Positions 37,801-54,483 are shown, counted from the stretch's first letter. The stretch is DNA of 64,000 nt from the human T2T-CHM13v2.0 reference genome, Homo sapiens (GCF_009914755.1 NC_060930.1), one strand, 5' to 3'. A program made the numbers and translations. Notes: generated by a model from the sequence alone, not told the origin.

Positions 37801-38199
37801 AAAAGATTTTCACACTCATTGGTTATTAAAGTTTCCAAAGATCTAAATACTCATAACATCCTGAGCCTGTGATTTTCAACAACAAGGCTTTAAATTCTTC
37901 TGACATTTAACGGAATTTTCTGTGGTGTTAGAACAGTGTTCTACACAAAATGCATTATAGAACATTTGATTTCTCTCTGGAAAAAAAAAAGGTAGCAATA
38001 ATGAACTCTTGAGAAAGGAAATCCAGTTCAATTGGATTTGAAATATGCATGTTAAAAATAGACTGTGTATCCATGAGCTGTTGGATGATACTTAATCAAC
38101 AGTAATTGTTGTTCAAGCAAAGCGTGCCCTTTCCATCCTGGGCTTAGCACTCCCTTGGATTAGCAGGATGTGCCATGCGCGGGGATTGTGGGGGCCTCA

Positions 38200-38640
38200 C
38201 AATTGCTGTACTTCAACCTCTTTTAAGCCATTTGGAGGTAAAGGTCATGCCAAGTGCCACTGAAAAGATAATGTCCTACAGGTTGTCAGTAAAATCTGTG
38301 ATATGATTTATTACCTGGAATCAAGTGTTAATTGGATGGCAGCTGTCTTTGAATGGATAATCTTTCTCTTTTCTTAATGCTGACAGATCAAGATGGAGAT
38401 ATTAGTTGAAATGAAGGAAGCCTCTTAGTCCTCCATGGATGTCTGAGGTTCGCTAATTGTTCCACCTCTGTTTATTTATTTATTTGTTCATTCTATTTAG
38501 GCAATTGCTCATTGAGCTGTCAAAAAGGGAAAAACAATTCCATGCTGAATGGAAAGCAGTCTGCCTTCCTGTCAATCAGGTTCAGTTTGGAAGCCCTTGC
38601 TGGAGAAGTGTGTTGCTGTTACTGCATCCAGCCTTTCCAA
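38200..38640. promoter_or_regulatory. Candidate developmental enhancer (motif cluster)
   Basis: PBX-HOX TGATTTAT 38304-38311, NKX2 TCAAGTG 38321-38327, TTAATTGG 38328-38335, E-box CAGCTG 38340-38345, TCF CTTTGAA 38347-38353, MEIS TGACAG 38381-38386. Confidence 0.4.
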
Positions 38641-38895
38641 TCTGCAACCTTTTCCCATTTGTCGTCTCCCAGTGCCCATCCACAGATGCCTATTCTTTCT
38701 TTTGTCACTTTAAAAAGGCCTGGTTTTGACTGATAGTCTAAATGCACGAAGTTATGGTGTGTATGGATTATTATTTTCCCATTTGTCAGACCTTCCAGAA
38801 TATCCCTGCCATATCACATACACTCGAGTTGAGTTTGAGTCCAGACTCCCCAACCGGTAAACTTAGCTTATTCATCTGCATGAAGGGATAAATAA

Positions 38896-39218
<323 letters not shown>

Positions 39219-39534
39219 CCCCATTGGGTTTTTATGGAGATGAAGTGAGGTTATAAATAATTTGAAAATTCATAAATCATAAAGTGCTAATTACAGAAAA
39301 ATGATGATTGCTAGAGGAATATAGACCTCATGGTATAGATTTAGGTTATCAGTCATCAGCCTGAGGGATGGATGGAGTATTCCATTGAACAGGGAGAAAT
39401 TCTTGGTGATACCAAAATGAAACCTTGTAGGGCATCATTGCTAAAATTCCTGGCTCTGTGTCAAAACCAACTGCATTGTTTTTATTACATGTTTTTAGGT
39501 GCTTAATTTTAGAGAAGATATACCTTACCCTGTG

Positions 39535-39901
39535 TGTTTATGGTCTGGTATGAATTTGTTCCACAAAATTTATATGCTGAAACTTAATCCCAATGTGGTA
39601 GTATTAAGAGGCAGGGCCTTTAGGAGGTGATTAAATCATGAGAGTAAAGCCCTCATGAACGGTATTAGGGCCCTTATTAAAGGGCTTGAAGGAGTAAGTT
39701 CACCCCTTCTTGCTCCTCCACCTTCTACCATAAAAAACATAGCATTTGCCCCTCTACCATGTGAGGATGCAGCAATGAGGTGCCATCTGGAAAGCAAAGA
39801 GCAGCCCTCACCAGACAATGAGGAACCTCCCAGGACCCTAACCTTGGACTTCCCAGCCTCCAAAACTGTGAGAAATAAATTTATATTGAAACAGACTAAG
39901 A
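39535..39901 (+). mobile_element. MaLR solo LTR (MSTD/MLT1A-like)
   Basis: TATATGCTGAAACTTAATCCC...GGACTTCCCAGCCTCCAAAACTGTGAGAAATAAAT...CAGACTAAGA. Confidence 0.85.
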
Positions 39902-41864
39902 AAATAGAAATAATTCAGCTTTCTCTAATATTCAAATTAAATGATTTCTGGAGTCTATCTCATTTACTGTAAGGTTGACTTTCTTTCCCTTAGTGTTCTC
40001 CCTCGCTTCTCTGTTCCTCCATCCATCCATCCATCCATCCATCTCTCTCTCTCTGGGGTACTTGGTTAACCCAAGGAGTTGGAACTGGGTACTTAGCACC
40101 TAGAGCAGAGAAAACCCGAAGGCTTGCTCACGCCACCAAGAAGTTCAGTTTTCTTCAATTGGAGTTTCTGCTACTGTTGAAATAGGAATGACCTGGTCAC
40201 TCTAGTTGTCGCACTGTCCACTGCAAGGACACATCTGGTGACCACACACATAGTCCATCCCAGGTTGGACAGTAACTTCTCTGTGTGCCAGGTTTGAAAG
40301 GAAGAAGTGGAGTAGGTTGTGTTATGTCTAGTGGGTTCTTTCTACATCTCCACTGGCCTGGGCACCCAGTAATACTTCTGACATTTATTAGATTTGCAAT
40401 GGTCTCCCAAAGGCATGGCCAAGATTTCAGGATGTCCACATCAGGGAGGTGTCTCAGCCTCAGCCCCACAGTGAACAGTGGCGGCTTCCTGCAGGATGGG
40501 TCTGACCCCTATGCCAGAACCCAGCACAAGTCAGCGTTCTCCACCTCTTCCCCAAGGGCTGCTTTTTTCCTCGGGGATCTCCAGTATCCTTTCTGCAAGG
40601 TTACATCTGCAGAGGTATTCTGACAAGGCTGAACCTCACAGGAGGAGGTAGGGGCTCCCAGTGGGTTCACTGGGCCTCTATGCAAACATACCTATATTTT
40701 CCAATAATCCTTAAAGTTATGGTTTTTTCTTTGAAATTATGATCTTTTACCAAGTCTTCAACTGCCTTCTTACATCTTCTTCCAAGAAAAATCAAGAAAA
40801 GTGATTTCCTAACCCAAAAGGAACATGTTCTTTTTTGTTTTTTTTTTTCCCAAGAATAAAGAATGTATTTTCATGGCCTTACCAGCAGAATTAGAAGAGA
40901 CTAGTAGATTTTCTTGCTAAGAAATTTGTAAAATTTGACTTCTCTAGGCACTCAGTGATAGTTTTACTAAAAAAAAAAAAAGTGTTTTCCAAATGTTTTA
41001 TAATTTATAAACATTTTATCTAAAGCCTTGGGACAATGTTTAAGAATATGAACAAATATGTCATGTTTCATTTTCAGAAGTTATAAACAGCAAAATCATA
41101 AAAATTAAATGAAAGTTTAGAATTCTCAGATGCAATAAAACTGTTAAATACAATTAGCAAAGTGTTAAACACTATGGAAAATGAGGGAGTTATACAACTA
41201 AATGTGAAACTTGTCGATGTATTTTTCACTATGTGGTGATAACATTGTAAATAAAGGATGACTGGCTTTACATGCTAACCAAGAATGGGTTGCCATCATG
41301 GGGGTGCAGTTGTTACAGCTTCGCAGAGGAAATCTTCATCATGACTTATGGCTTTGCCCTTATCTTTATTGTCGTTTAGTAAGAACAGCAAGATACCTGG
41401 CCCAGTGTACAACGAGTGATTTTAAATGTATGTCTTCCACTATTAAGATACTGCAAAAAATTCTAGGCAAGACCAAATGTACCAAGAGGTTCGATTTAAA
41501 ATTTTGTTAGTTTTACTTCAAATAAAATAGGAAATAAAAAGAATGTAAACATCTTTATATTTATGTTAATGTAAATATGACTTTATATTACTTACTATCT
41601 GAAATCAAAATATACCCAGGTTATTTAATCTCAGAGGCTATTCCTGTATTTTTTTAAAAAATGTATTACGTATGTACGTAATATCTACTTTTAGTATGTA
41701 TTAAGTCTGCAGTGTAACAAGTAGTGCTTAGTATAGGTGGGAAAAGGTGAATGTGGCACAATCCCACCCTCAAGGAGCTTACACTCTAACAGGGCAATAG
41801 ACACATAAACCTAACTGTAATACAAAGATAATGCATATGTGCATTTAAGGTCATTGATGATGCA

Positions 41865-41970
41865 CAAAGGCAGCCATGGCTGATGTGGAACAACGGGGCA
41901 TGGCAGTGTTCCAATAACGTTTTATTTACAAACTGGATTTGGCCTGTGGGCTACCATTTATGGATCCTTT
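41865..41970. mobile_element. MER58-like hAT-Charlie MITE fragment
   Basis: GGGCATGGCAGTGTTCCAATAACGTTTTATTTACAAA...GGATTTGGCCTGTGGGC. Confidence 0.7.
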
Positions 41971-42866
41971 TTCTAGCTTATTACCACACCAATTGGTACA
42001 AGTTTCAATCTAAGTAACCTTCAGGCGGGGAGGCAGCATCATTGTCAGTTAAAAAGAAATTGGGTTTGGATTCACACGTTTGGATCTAATTTTACTTCCT
42101 ATTCTAGCTCCTATCTCACGGGAAAATAAATATGATAATGTATGTCAAAGCAGCATACACGTAGCAGGTATTCAGATAGTGTATGACGTTTACCTTTCAT
42201 TCAGTGCCATAAAGTTCACTTCTTTTTTAAAAAACAAGGTAAAAACAGTATTTACTTCTTTCTCAGGAATATATAATGAGTCCTTGCTTACCGAATCTTG
42301 TGTATTCAAAATCATGTTCAAGTGCCTTCACATTCAGGTTACCTCACTGGTTTTATTTCCCACTGTGGTCCATTTGCAACTTTAAGCCATCAGGCTGGGG
42401 TGTTCTTTGTCTTAATGACACTACACCTGTTAATAAAAACGATAGCAGTGGCAACAATAACAATGACTACTGATGGATTCTTATGATCAGACATTGTGCT
42501 AAATTGTCCTGAAATCATCTGTGACATGGTTTGGGTCTGTGTCCCCACCAAATCTCAGGTGTTCCTGTAATCCCTAATGTTGGAGGTGGGGCCTGGTGGG
42601 AGGGGATTGGACCAGGGGCCTGGTTTCAGTTTCGGATGGATTAACACCCTCCGTCTTGGTATAATGACTGAATTCTCATGAGATCTCCTTGTTTAAAAGC
42701 ATTTAGCTCTTCCCCCTCCCTCTTGGTTCCGCTTTTGCCATGTAAGACACCTGCTTCCACTTTACATTCCACCTTGAGTAAAAGCTCCCCAAGGCCCCCC
42801 AGGAGTAGAAGCCACCATGCTTCCCATACAGCCTGAGGAACCATGAGCCAATGAAACCTCTTGTCT

Positions 42867-45256
<2,390 letters not shown>

Positions 45257-46028
45257 TTTTCTTTATAAATTACCCAGTCTCAGGTATTTCTTTATAGCAA
45301 CATGAGAATAGACCAATATAATCTTACTAACTACTTGAAACTCCCCATAATAGAAGCATTGTTGTTTTTATTCAAGAGACAATGGAAACAAGGATAACAG
45401 AAGTTAGGTTTCCAAAGGTAGATACCAAGTGAGCTGCAGAACTGGTTTTCAAACTCTTTTTGCTTCTCTGTAGCTTTTTAATTTCTCTTCCCTTGGTTTC
45501 CCTTATCTCCTTTTCACTCATCCAAATATGATCTAATTATCTTAAAGCTGTACTTTAATAAAACCATTCTGGAATTCTTCAGCTCCCTTTGATTTTCCCC
45601 TTCTCTGGCAGCTTACATCATTTGGAGTCATCACTGTATCAGTCTCTGTTTCTGGCATGAAAATGACCATTTTCATCCTCATGGTAGATGGCTCACATAA
45701 CCCCTCTTTGTGTGTCCTGCTACTTGATGGACATTATGGCCTTGCTCATTCCAAAGTTATTACTGTGCCCATGCCAGATGCCACGTGATATCAACAAGGA
45801 GAAACCAGAAGAGATGAGTTTAAAATGAGAGTGAGAGCAGATTTCTTGGGCATCTAAAGGAGCATAAGTCAAACTAGGATAGAGTGAACTTAATCTTTTT
45901 TAGGAGCCAAGAAAAATGATTCCAGACTGAGAGAAATAACCCGGATCCTTCAGAGATCCATGCTAAAGGCAAGAAGGAACCAATAGGAATTGTCCTCAAA
46001 GTCTAAACTCTTTATTTTTCTTTTTTTT

Positions 46029-46084
46029 CTTCCTTCCTTCCTTCCTTCCTTCCTTCCTTCCTTCCTTCCTTCCTTCCTTCCTTC
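46029..46084. repeat. (TTCC)n tetranucleotide repeat in an Alu tail
   Basis: About 14 TTCC units. Confidence 0.95.
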
Positions 46085-46096
46085 CCTCTCTGTCTC

Positions 46097-46405
46097 TTTC
46101 TTTTTCTTTTTGAGACAGAGTCTCACTGTGTCGCTCAGGCTGGAGGTCAATGGTGCAATAACAGCTCACTGCAGCCTTGACCTCCGGGGTTCAGCAGATC
46201 CTCCCACCTCAGCGTCCCAGTATAGGGACTACAGATCTGCACCACCCTGTCCAGCTAACAGCCCATTTTTAAAATTTTTTGCAGAGATGGGGGAGGGGGG
46301 TCTTACTATATTGCCCAGGCTGGTCTTGAATTTCCGGCCTCCAGCTATCCTCCTGCCTCAGCCTCCCAAAGTGCTGGGATGCTAAGTGTGAGCTACTAGG
46401 CCAGC
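46097..46405 (-). mobile_element. Alu SINE, diverged AluJ
   Basis: ACAGCTCACTGCAGCCTTGACCTCC...TATATTGCCCAGGCTGGTCTTG. Confidence 0.92.
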
Positions 46406-49228
46406 TGGATGTTCTTTACATAGGTCTAGTTTATGTAGGTCTAGTTACTTTAGGTAGGTCTAGTTTTTGAAATTGTAGCACGCTTACTCCTCCCCAAGCA
46501 CAGCAACATAGTGGGAAAAAATAAGAATATTTACGGCCTGGAGCTCTGTTGTGATGATTTATCACACTTCTGAGAATGGCCAGAAGAATTAAGGGCCAGG
46601 CCTAGAAAGGTGAGCTGGACTCCCAGAGCCACAGTGGTCAGGGTCAGGCATCTTCATCCCTCCACTTGCCCTGTGAGGAGCATTTTGTAATTACTTAGAA
46701 TGCTGTGTGAGAACATGTAAGATACAAGTTCTTTTCATGTCATCAAAGGTGCCACTATTTTAGAGGTTACCAGGTGTCCAAAAATATAGGATGCACTTAA
46801 TGCAATCTTTCCGTATAATGTAATCAGGGAGTGTGAGGAGTGTCTTGCTCTATTAAAGAACAGTGAAGCATGGGTCAAGACAGTCAAGCTGTTTTACTGC
46901 ATCTAACTGTTCAGACTTCAGGAGGCCTTGGGAATCCGTGGTTGGATTTCATGAGTCACAGGTTTTATTACCTGTTCAACAGGTATTTTAAATAGCACTT
47001 GTTTTCCCTTTCATGTCAAACAGAAAATGAAATAAGCAGCTTTGAAAATGGTTACTTGGAGAGACAAAGGGAAGTGTCATGATGTCATCCTTTAAATTGG
47101 TTCAAAGAGATGCTGAGGGCAAACAGAGCCACTTGTCGGAGTCACAGGGGAGCAATAGAGATGAGGCTGTCGCACGAATGCTGTCCCTTGTAGGACAGAA
47201 TTCAGATTACAGGGCAAGTACTAGATAGGCTAAGTAGACTGCCATTCGATATCAGGCAGCTGAGCTCTGTGTTTTAACACACTGCCTCTTTTAATGGGGT
47301 CCCTGGAGAATGTCTTCATGGCTGACCAAAAGCTAGAGGTAGCACACACTCTCTGGAGGCCTTATTTAATCTCCCTGTGTGATGTAGAGAAATCCATAGG
47401 CATTGCCAAGGAAACTACGATATTTGCAAGTTTCTACCAGACAGCAAGATTTCAGAGGAAACTGTTATAATTGGCATTTCTGAATAATGCTGGGGAAGGG
47501 AACAATCACCAGGAATGTGGTGAATTTGTCAACGACTCCTATGATATCAAGGCGTGCAGAAAGCTGAGATTTCATTTTTAGTATTGATTAAAAGCTCTAC
47601 CCAGGTATTATTAAAAGGAAAGGAAATTCTGAGGGAAAAGCTCCTTTTCTCATTGAGAAGTGTTTTAGGATACAGTATTAACATGAAAATGATGATGAGA
47701 ACAGTAGTAATAATAACAGCTAGAGAATTTATATTTATTTTTTCTTTCTTCAAAATTTGATTATGGAAACCACAAGACAGGAAGTTGAATTCCTTTCTGG
47801 TAAGAATATATCAAATAGATGTCAAATAGATTTGATGCAGATTATAACAAAAAAGGAAGGGAATGCATATTAATTAAGCACTTACTGTGTGCTCAGTGCA
47901 GACAGATGTTTGACCTGCGTTAATGTATTTGATCTCTTTCCTGAATTTGGGATTGTAAAGGGGTTGTCAGAGAGACAGTTATTAGTTAAGATGGACCTCA
48001 ACATTGAAATATGCTTTTGCCTTTGTGGCTGCCCAGGAACCAGTGAAAACAACGCATGTGTCTTCCCTAGCATTGGGTCAAATTCAGCTGTTGCTTCTCA
48101 CGCACCGGACAGGATGCCGTGTAGCCCTCTGGTCTACCTCCTTTGAGACCACTGAGCGTGAGACAAGACTCAAAGTTAAGCAGAGGCCCGATCTGCAGGA
48201 AGGAAGCCGCTGGACCGCTGGTATTACAATCATCCCCTTCTGACCATGAACTGGCTTTTGATGAGTGTCGTTAGCCTTTGCTCAGAAGGAAAAAAAAAAG
48301 AGGTTTTTTTTTTTTTTTTTTTTTTTTAAACCATGAACAGACAGAAACATTTTACAGAAGTCCACTTTTGGTAAATGATCTCCTGGATCAGCAAGTAATC
48401 TCGACATCTTTCATATCATTTTTATACAAGATAAAGCTGTTTGAAGAGTTTAAGATGAAAATTGGGTGAAGTTCTGCGTTAAGCTTAGTAATGACATATC
48501 CAGAGCCACTGCAATCCCTAGATAATGAGGAAATAATAGGAGTGTGGAGGCAGTAAAGGATTCCAAGATTTGTTTCTTGTGTTCTAGAAAAGACAGCCTT
48601 TTAGGGAGATGGATGAGAGCTCACTGTGGGCTTATGGGCTGGCAGGAGCTGAGCCCTCGAGGGAAGCAGACTGGACCCCCTCCATGTGTGAACACAGAGA
48701 CAGGCTTATTAGCACCAGGGCAGGTGGGTGCCACAGGACGTTTATTTTTTAAATGAAACAGATTAAAATGTTTTCCCAGAAGAACAGGCTTCTGAGCTAG
48801 GTTTATGGAGAGTGGCTCTGGGTGCAGCCAAAGGGGTTACAGACCCCCTTCCCCCACCCACCACCATGTGCGCCAGGCTGGTTTCGGGGCTCTGACTCCC
48901 AGGTAGAGGAGCTTCCATCGGTGGCTGCAGGCCTGGGAGAGGTGGGCAGGGATGGGCCTAACGGTCTAAAGTCGAGGTGTAGAGAAAACCCTGGAAGGGG
49001 AGTCTGAAGTGTTCTGCTGGTGACTATGGGCAGGCAGATCAGTGGAGCAGTGGGAGGACAGAGATGGGGGCCAGACTCACCTCCATTTCTGGAGAGGTAT
49101 TCCAAGCATTGAAATTCCTTCCTAATGAAGCTGGTACACCATTACTAATGAGATACTTTATTTTTGGGGGGATAAATGGGGATCAGAAGAGCTCAACTAA
49201 TACTAAGAAATTCAAAAAGCAAATTTCT

Positions 49229-49424
49229 TGGTCAACGTGGTGAGACCCCATCTCTACTAAAAATACAAAAATTAGTCGGGCATGGTGGCAGGCGCCTGTA
49301 TCCCAGCCACTCGGGAGACTGAGGGGAATTGCTTGAACCCTGGAGGTGGAGGTTGCACTGTGCTGAGATCGCGCCATCACACTCCAGCCTGGGTGACAGA
49401 GCGAGACTCCATCTTAAAAAAAAA
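49229..49424 (+). mobile_element. 5'-truncated AluS
   Basis: Starts in the middle of the left arm; 15-bp TSD AAAAAGCAAATTTCT at 49214-49228 and 49420-49434. Confidence 0.93.
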
Positions 49425-49769
49425 GCAAATTTCTGTGGTAGGTCCAGCTATGTAAATTGTGGGGCCCAATAAAAAAATGAAAATACAGGGCCTGCCTGTT
49501 GTTCAAAAAGCAGAAGGAAAGTACCATTACAGGTACTAAAATATGCATTTTTCTGTTTAAAATATTTTATTACTTATAAACATAATACTAACAGTGATAC
49601 ATGAGTAACAGCATGAACTTACAAATTGTGAAAAAATACTTTTGTTTCATAGTTTTACAGAGCATGATAAGTAACAATACTTTGTTAATGTGCTGTTTTG
49701 ATTGATCATATGATTTTTCCTGCTCTATTTTCTGGAACCTTATTTATTAGATCATTGAAATTTATACTT

Positions 49770-49940
49770 TTAGTAACCTCATTTTCATTACATATGATTG
49801 AGAATGTTATCATTTGCTCTTGGAAAATGCAAGATCACACATAATTTTTTATTTTAATTTTGAGAAGGATCTTTCTGCTGATGCAATTATTATAGTAGCT
49901 GTTAAGAATATTTAGTAAGCTTTAACTCCATTGAGATAAA
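49770..49940 (-). pseudogene. hAT transposase C-terminal dimerization-domain remnant
   Basis: Minus-strand 49884-49852 translates ASAERSFSKLK, the conserved hAT dimerization motif; flanked by in-frame stops. Confidence 0.85.
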
Positions 49941-50180
49941 ATTTTTGATAAATCATCCCAAAATACAAATTTTAGCATGGAGTTGATGATTATCTTTGAA
50001 CAATTTTTCTAAAAGGATTTAACTCTTCATACAGATCAGGTTTTTGCAAATCTGAATTTAGTGTAAATTTGTAAAATAACCATTTTAATGTCATTCTTCT
50101 GATATTGTCTGTAATTGGGGGCAGTTGTTTGAGAAATGGATAGTGGCTTCATGACTTGCATGTAATTTAAAATGCCTGTT

Positions 50181-50554
<374 letters not shown>

Positions 50555-51014
50555 TCAAATGTAAACATATTTAAATTTAATTTCTAAGAAAGATTATTCG
50601 TGCTGTATATCTGTAGACATTTGTTTTGCAGTGTTGTGCTAGCTTTCAAAACCAGAGATTCAAAACTCTTTAAAGAGTTTTCAAGCTTCATGGTGATGCC
50701 CACGCATGCACTTTTACTTTGTAATAATCTACTGACAGGTCTCGCTGGCTGCGCACTGGTAGTTCCTGTAGCGGAGCTCAGGCTGGAAAGCCAGTGGCAG
50801 AGGCTTTGCAAGGACGGGCTCCAGGTAGTGACGGCAACCAGCCCCCTCCACGTGTCCTGGCTCTGTCCTCGCGCAAAGCACCTCTCCTCTCCTGTGGCTG
50901 TGGCTGCCGCTATAGCTGCCATCTCTGCCACCAGCCCGGGTGCAGGTCACAGCTCCTCCGCCCGGTGGAGGCCCCGCAACACCGAGGCAGCACCAAGGAT
51001 TGGGTTCTGCTGTC

Positions 51015-51063
51015 TGCGCATGCGCCTTCACAGGGCTTGCGGGCTTGATCTTGCGCATGCGCA
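51015..51063. promoter_or_regulatory. Tandem NRF1 motifs
   Basis: TGCGCATGCGCC (51015-51026) and the perfect palindrome TGCGCATGCGCA (51052-51063), CpGs intact. Confidence 0.65.
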
Positions 51064-52005
51064 GGCCTCTGCTAGGCTAGGGCCACCTGGTGCTTCCCAC
51101 CACGTCTTGCAGGCGCCCAGCTCAGTTCTCCTTCACTTGCAAAATTCAAGTTAAAAGATAAGACTAGTTCAAGACAAGGCAGCAGAGCATTCAGCCAAGC
51201 ATAGGGGCCTGTGCCACTGCATTGCACTGATTGCACACCCAAGAAGCCAGCCCTATCAGGCAGGCAGGATCACCTGGGTGTCTGGAATAATTTCCCTTTT
51301 TGGAGAAACATATTCTTTAAGATGCAGGTGGAAAGCATGGAGAAGGACATCTGTGGAGGGCTTCCGAGTGGGGAATTATAAAAAGAGCGTCGGAGAGCAA
51401 CTGAAATGAAGAGACTATGTTCAGATACATGGCCTAGGAGCCACTGATTAGAATTACACCTTTTTTTTTTTCCATAAACCACAATCACAATGTATTGTCA
51501 ACACTTTCCACTTTGAGTTTCTTAAAAGAGGAGCTAGAAGTTGAAGATATTTCTAATGCCTTAAAGAAATTGAGCTTTTCCTTCCCTGATATTTCATACT
51601 TGCCTTTTCCTTACCTTATTTTAAAGCACCTATTTTTAGTGACTCAGCTTTGTAGTAATTTCTAGAACATTCAATTTGGTTTCTGGTGAGTTGGTTAAAT
51701 GGAAATTGGTTAAGAAAGATTCCTCCACTGTCTACAGTGGGGGGACACATATTTATCTCCCAATGTCTTTTTATGAAGGTCTGTGCCCAATAACATTCAC
51801 AGATGATTATTTTTGCTAAACTTAAAAGATGAACAACTGAGTTAAATAGTCCTCTTGTTCTATCTTTGATGATTCAGACATCTTTCCTCTTTCATTCTTT
51901 CTCATTCTACTTCGTTAACTTCCCGAATGCTTAGAAGCTCATCTATGGGAGAGTGAGATGCATATGAAACGGCTTTTCTGTTGGAAGAGTGCCCCACTAA
52001 GCCTG

Positions 52006-52013
52006 TGACGTCA
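52006..52013. promoter_or_regulatory. Full CRE palindrome
   Basis: TGACGTCA with intact CpG; a single motif only. Confidence 0.3.
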
Positions 52014-52465
52014 TCCTGTGTGTGTGCCTGATCTGAGGACTTTACATTAAAATAATTTAATTTGGTGATGGTATTACCTGGCATTTGTTTGAGCTGAGTG
52101 GATTACAGGCTCTTCTTCTTCTAGCTAGTCTAAATTTTATTCTTGAACCAAACCAGCAGGTGAGTATTTAGAGTGCATTGTTTTAGTTCATAGTTGACTT
52201 GTTCCTATCAAATGGTGCTTTGGTGTCATGTCATTGGTACAAATTGATTGACCTCAAAAGAAATACTAGCAAACTATTTTTGCATTTATTATAGAGATTT
52301 TTTGGGACATCGTTCAATAAATCCTAAGTGTCTTTTTTATGAGGGTCCAAAATTTAAATCTCTTTATCATCATAGTGTTAGAAAAAAAGTTGTATTTATT
52401 TCAAGCAACTATTTCTTTGTATCTTGTCTGCTAGGATACTCAGAGTCACATCTTCTACCACCCTC

Positions 52466-52619
52466 TTTTTTTTTTGAGATGGAGTCTCACTCTGTTGCCC
52501 AGGCTGGAGTGCAGGGGCATGATCTCACCTCACTCCAACCTTTGCCTCCAAGGTTCAAGTGATCCTCCTGCCTCAGCCTCTGAGTAGCTGGGATTACAGG
52601 TATATGCCACCATGCCTGG
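52466..52619 (-). mobile_element. Alu right-arm fragment (5'-truncated)
   Basis: GAGATGGAGTCTCACTCTGTTGCCCAGG...CCACCATGCCTGG; flanking TCTACCA repeat. Confidence 0.9.
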
Positions 52620-54483
52620 TGAAGTCTACCATCTTATAATGACTGCATAGAAATACAAGGAATGAATACATTGACTTCACTTCTTTTTTTCCCTACTTAT
52701 GTTTTTTCTTTACTCTGGTTTATGTTTATTTTTAAAAACCTTGCTATTACTTGTGTAATGATATAAATCATGTCAAACCATTGTTGTAATAGAGTGGAAT
52801 TGAAACACATGAGCACAAACCCTCTGAAGAACTCATAAACCCTTTCATCTACTTACTTCATCTTCATGTGCTTAGTTGAATGATCAAGCATTCCTAAGGA
52901 GAGAGGCCTGTTTTCCCTGATGTTGGCAACTACAATTTCTTACAGCCAGATGGTACACATCTCAAAACATGGCCTTTCAAACACTCTGCTCATGAAGCTG
53001 AGGGAGAGGAAAGGAAAATTTATTGAGAGAGTCATAGCTTCAATCCACAGAGACAAAAGTATTGGTGTCATCAAATGCTGCACAGCCTAAAACTCTCTGA
53101 GGGCCCACGAGTCTGGCCTGGTGCCACAATAAGCCAACCATTACCGTAGGGGAAATTCAGTGTGTCTGACAACATTTCCCACTCTAGTTCATATGCTCAT
53201 GGTGTTCTTGGGGCGGCCATCCAGGCCTCAAGCCAAAATGAGGTTTCCCCACTGTGGCCACATCTCTTGATAGAATTCAGAGGTTCTGATAAGGTGCATA
53301 TCTTCAGTCTGCAGACGTCCTCCCTATGTCACTGTGGTCATGCAAAGTGCTATCAACGTATTATGGTTAACATTTTGTGAAGAAAACTTTTTTGGATCAC
53401 CTGCTATTACAGGCCCTGCTGAGGCCTGGGCCCAAAGGCTTTGTATTTCAGCATAGCCAGCTTGCTTTAATGCTCTATTTCCCAGCAGTTTCAAACTCAC
53501 AAAGATGGCCAACAGTGGCAGATGGGACCTGACGCTTGAACTTGGGGAGCTTTCCTCCAACAGGATGAATCCATGGAAGATACCAGGCACATTCTCAAAA
53601 GAACAGAAGTTTAGCTGGTGGAAATGAGAGTAGGGTGGATGTAAGTTAAAATTGTTGATAAGTAAATACCCTGATTGGGTATTCCTGTCAGGTGCTGCTG
53701 TAAAAAATCTCTTAAAACACTGGGTGAAGTGGATAAATGGATTCCATTTAACAGAGCATTTACTGGGGTCTATTAGCTGACTATTACCTTAATGATTATA
53801 TTATAGGCGGCAATGGGGCTGTCATCATAAAAGGTGAAAATGATCAAGGAGAAAGAAGTATGAGCTCAGAAGAGGATGCAGCAATGTGATGAGACAGAGT
53901 TGTGCCTGTTGGCCTCCTTCAGTGAGAAGGCTGCATCTGAAATTATCACTGAAGCAGGAAAAACAGTGTCCTTATTCTTTTTGTTTATTCAAAAATGCAA
54001 TAGCACACTGATGCATATGGAACCTGGGGCTATGAGAATTGTAAAAATTGACCTGGGATAGTTGTGTTGGGGTTATCAAACAGAATGCTGGTATTGGGAG
54101 GATCCTGGGACACATGGAGGTGTTAGATCAATTGGGGACTGTGGACTTCTTGTTTCCAGGTGAACCTTTTGAGGTGGGTGTGAGGGGTTGGTAAAACTTG
54201 AACTTGACCTTCCAGTGAGTCCAAATGGCTTTGACAAACATGTGGTGGGCAAGGCCTAAGAACAGAGAGTGAAATAACTAGGGAGCCCCAATGAAGTAGG
54301 AGAGTTAGATGTGCTCATGTCTCGGAAAGTAAGACGTCGAGGAGCCTCTAAGCAGGTGGTCCATGGTCTCATGTGGCCAGAGACTCAGAGCAGGGGATGG
54401 CATCTTGAAGGAGCAGAGAAAAGCTGAATGGGTCACAGAGACACTGGCAGACAATGAGGATGTGCAAAGTTGCCAATACATGG

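Noticed and set aside
50600-51154. 184-aa ORF (and antisense 50584-50931) as a gene
   Set aside because: Lies in the GC-rich part of the MER45R-like element and has no recognisable domain.
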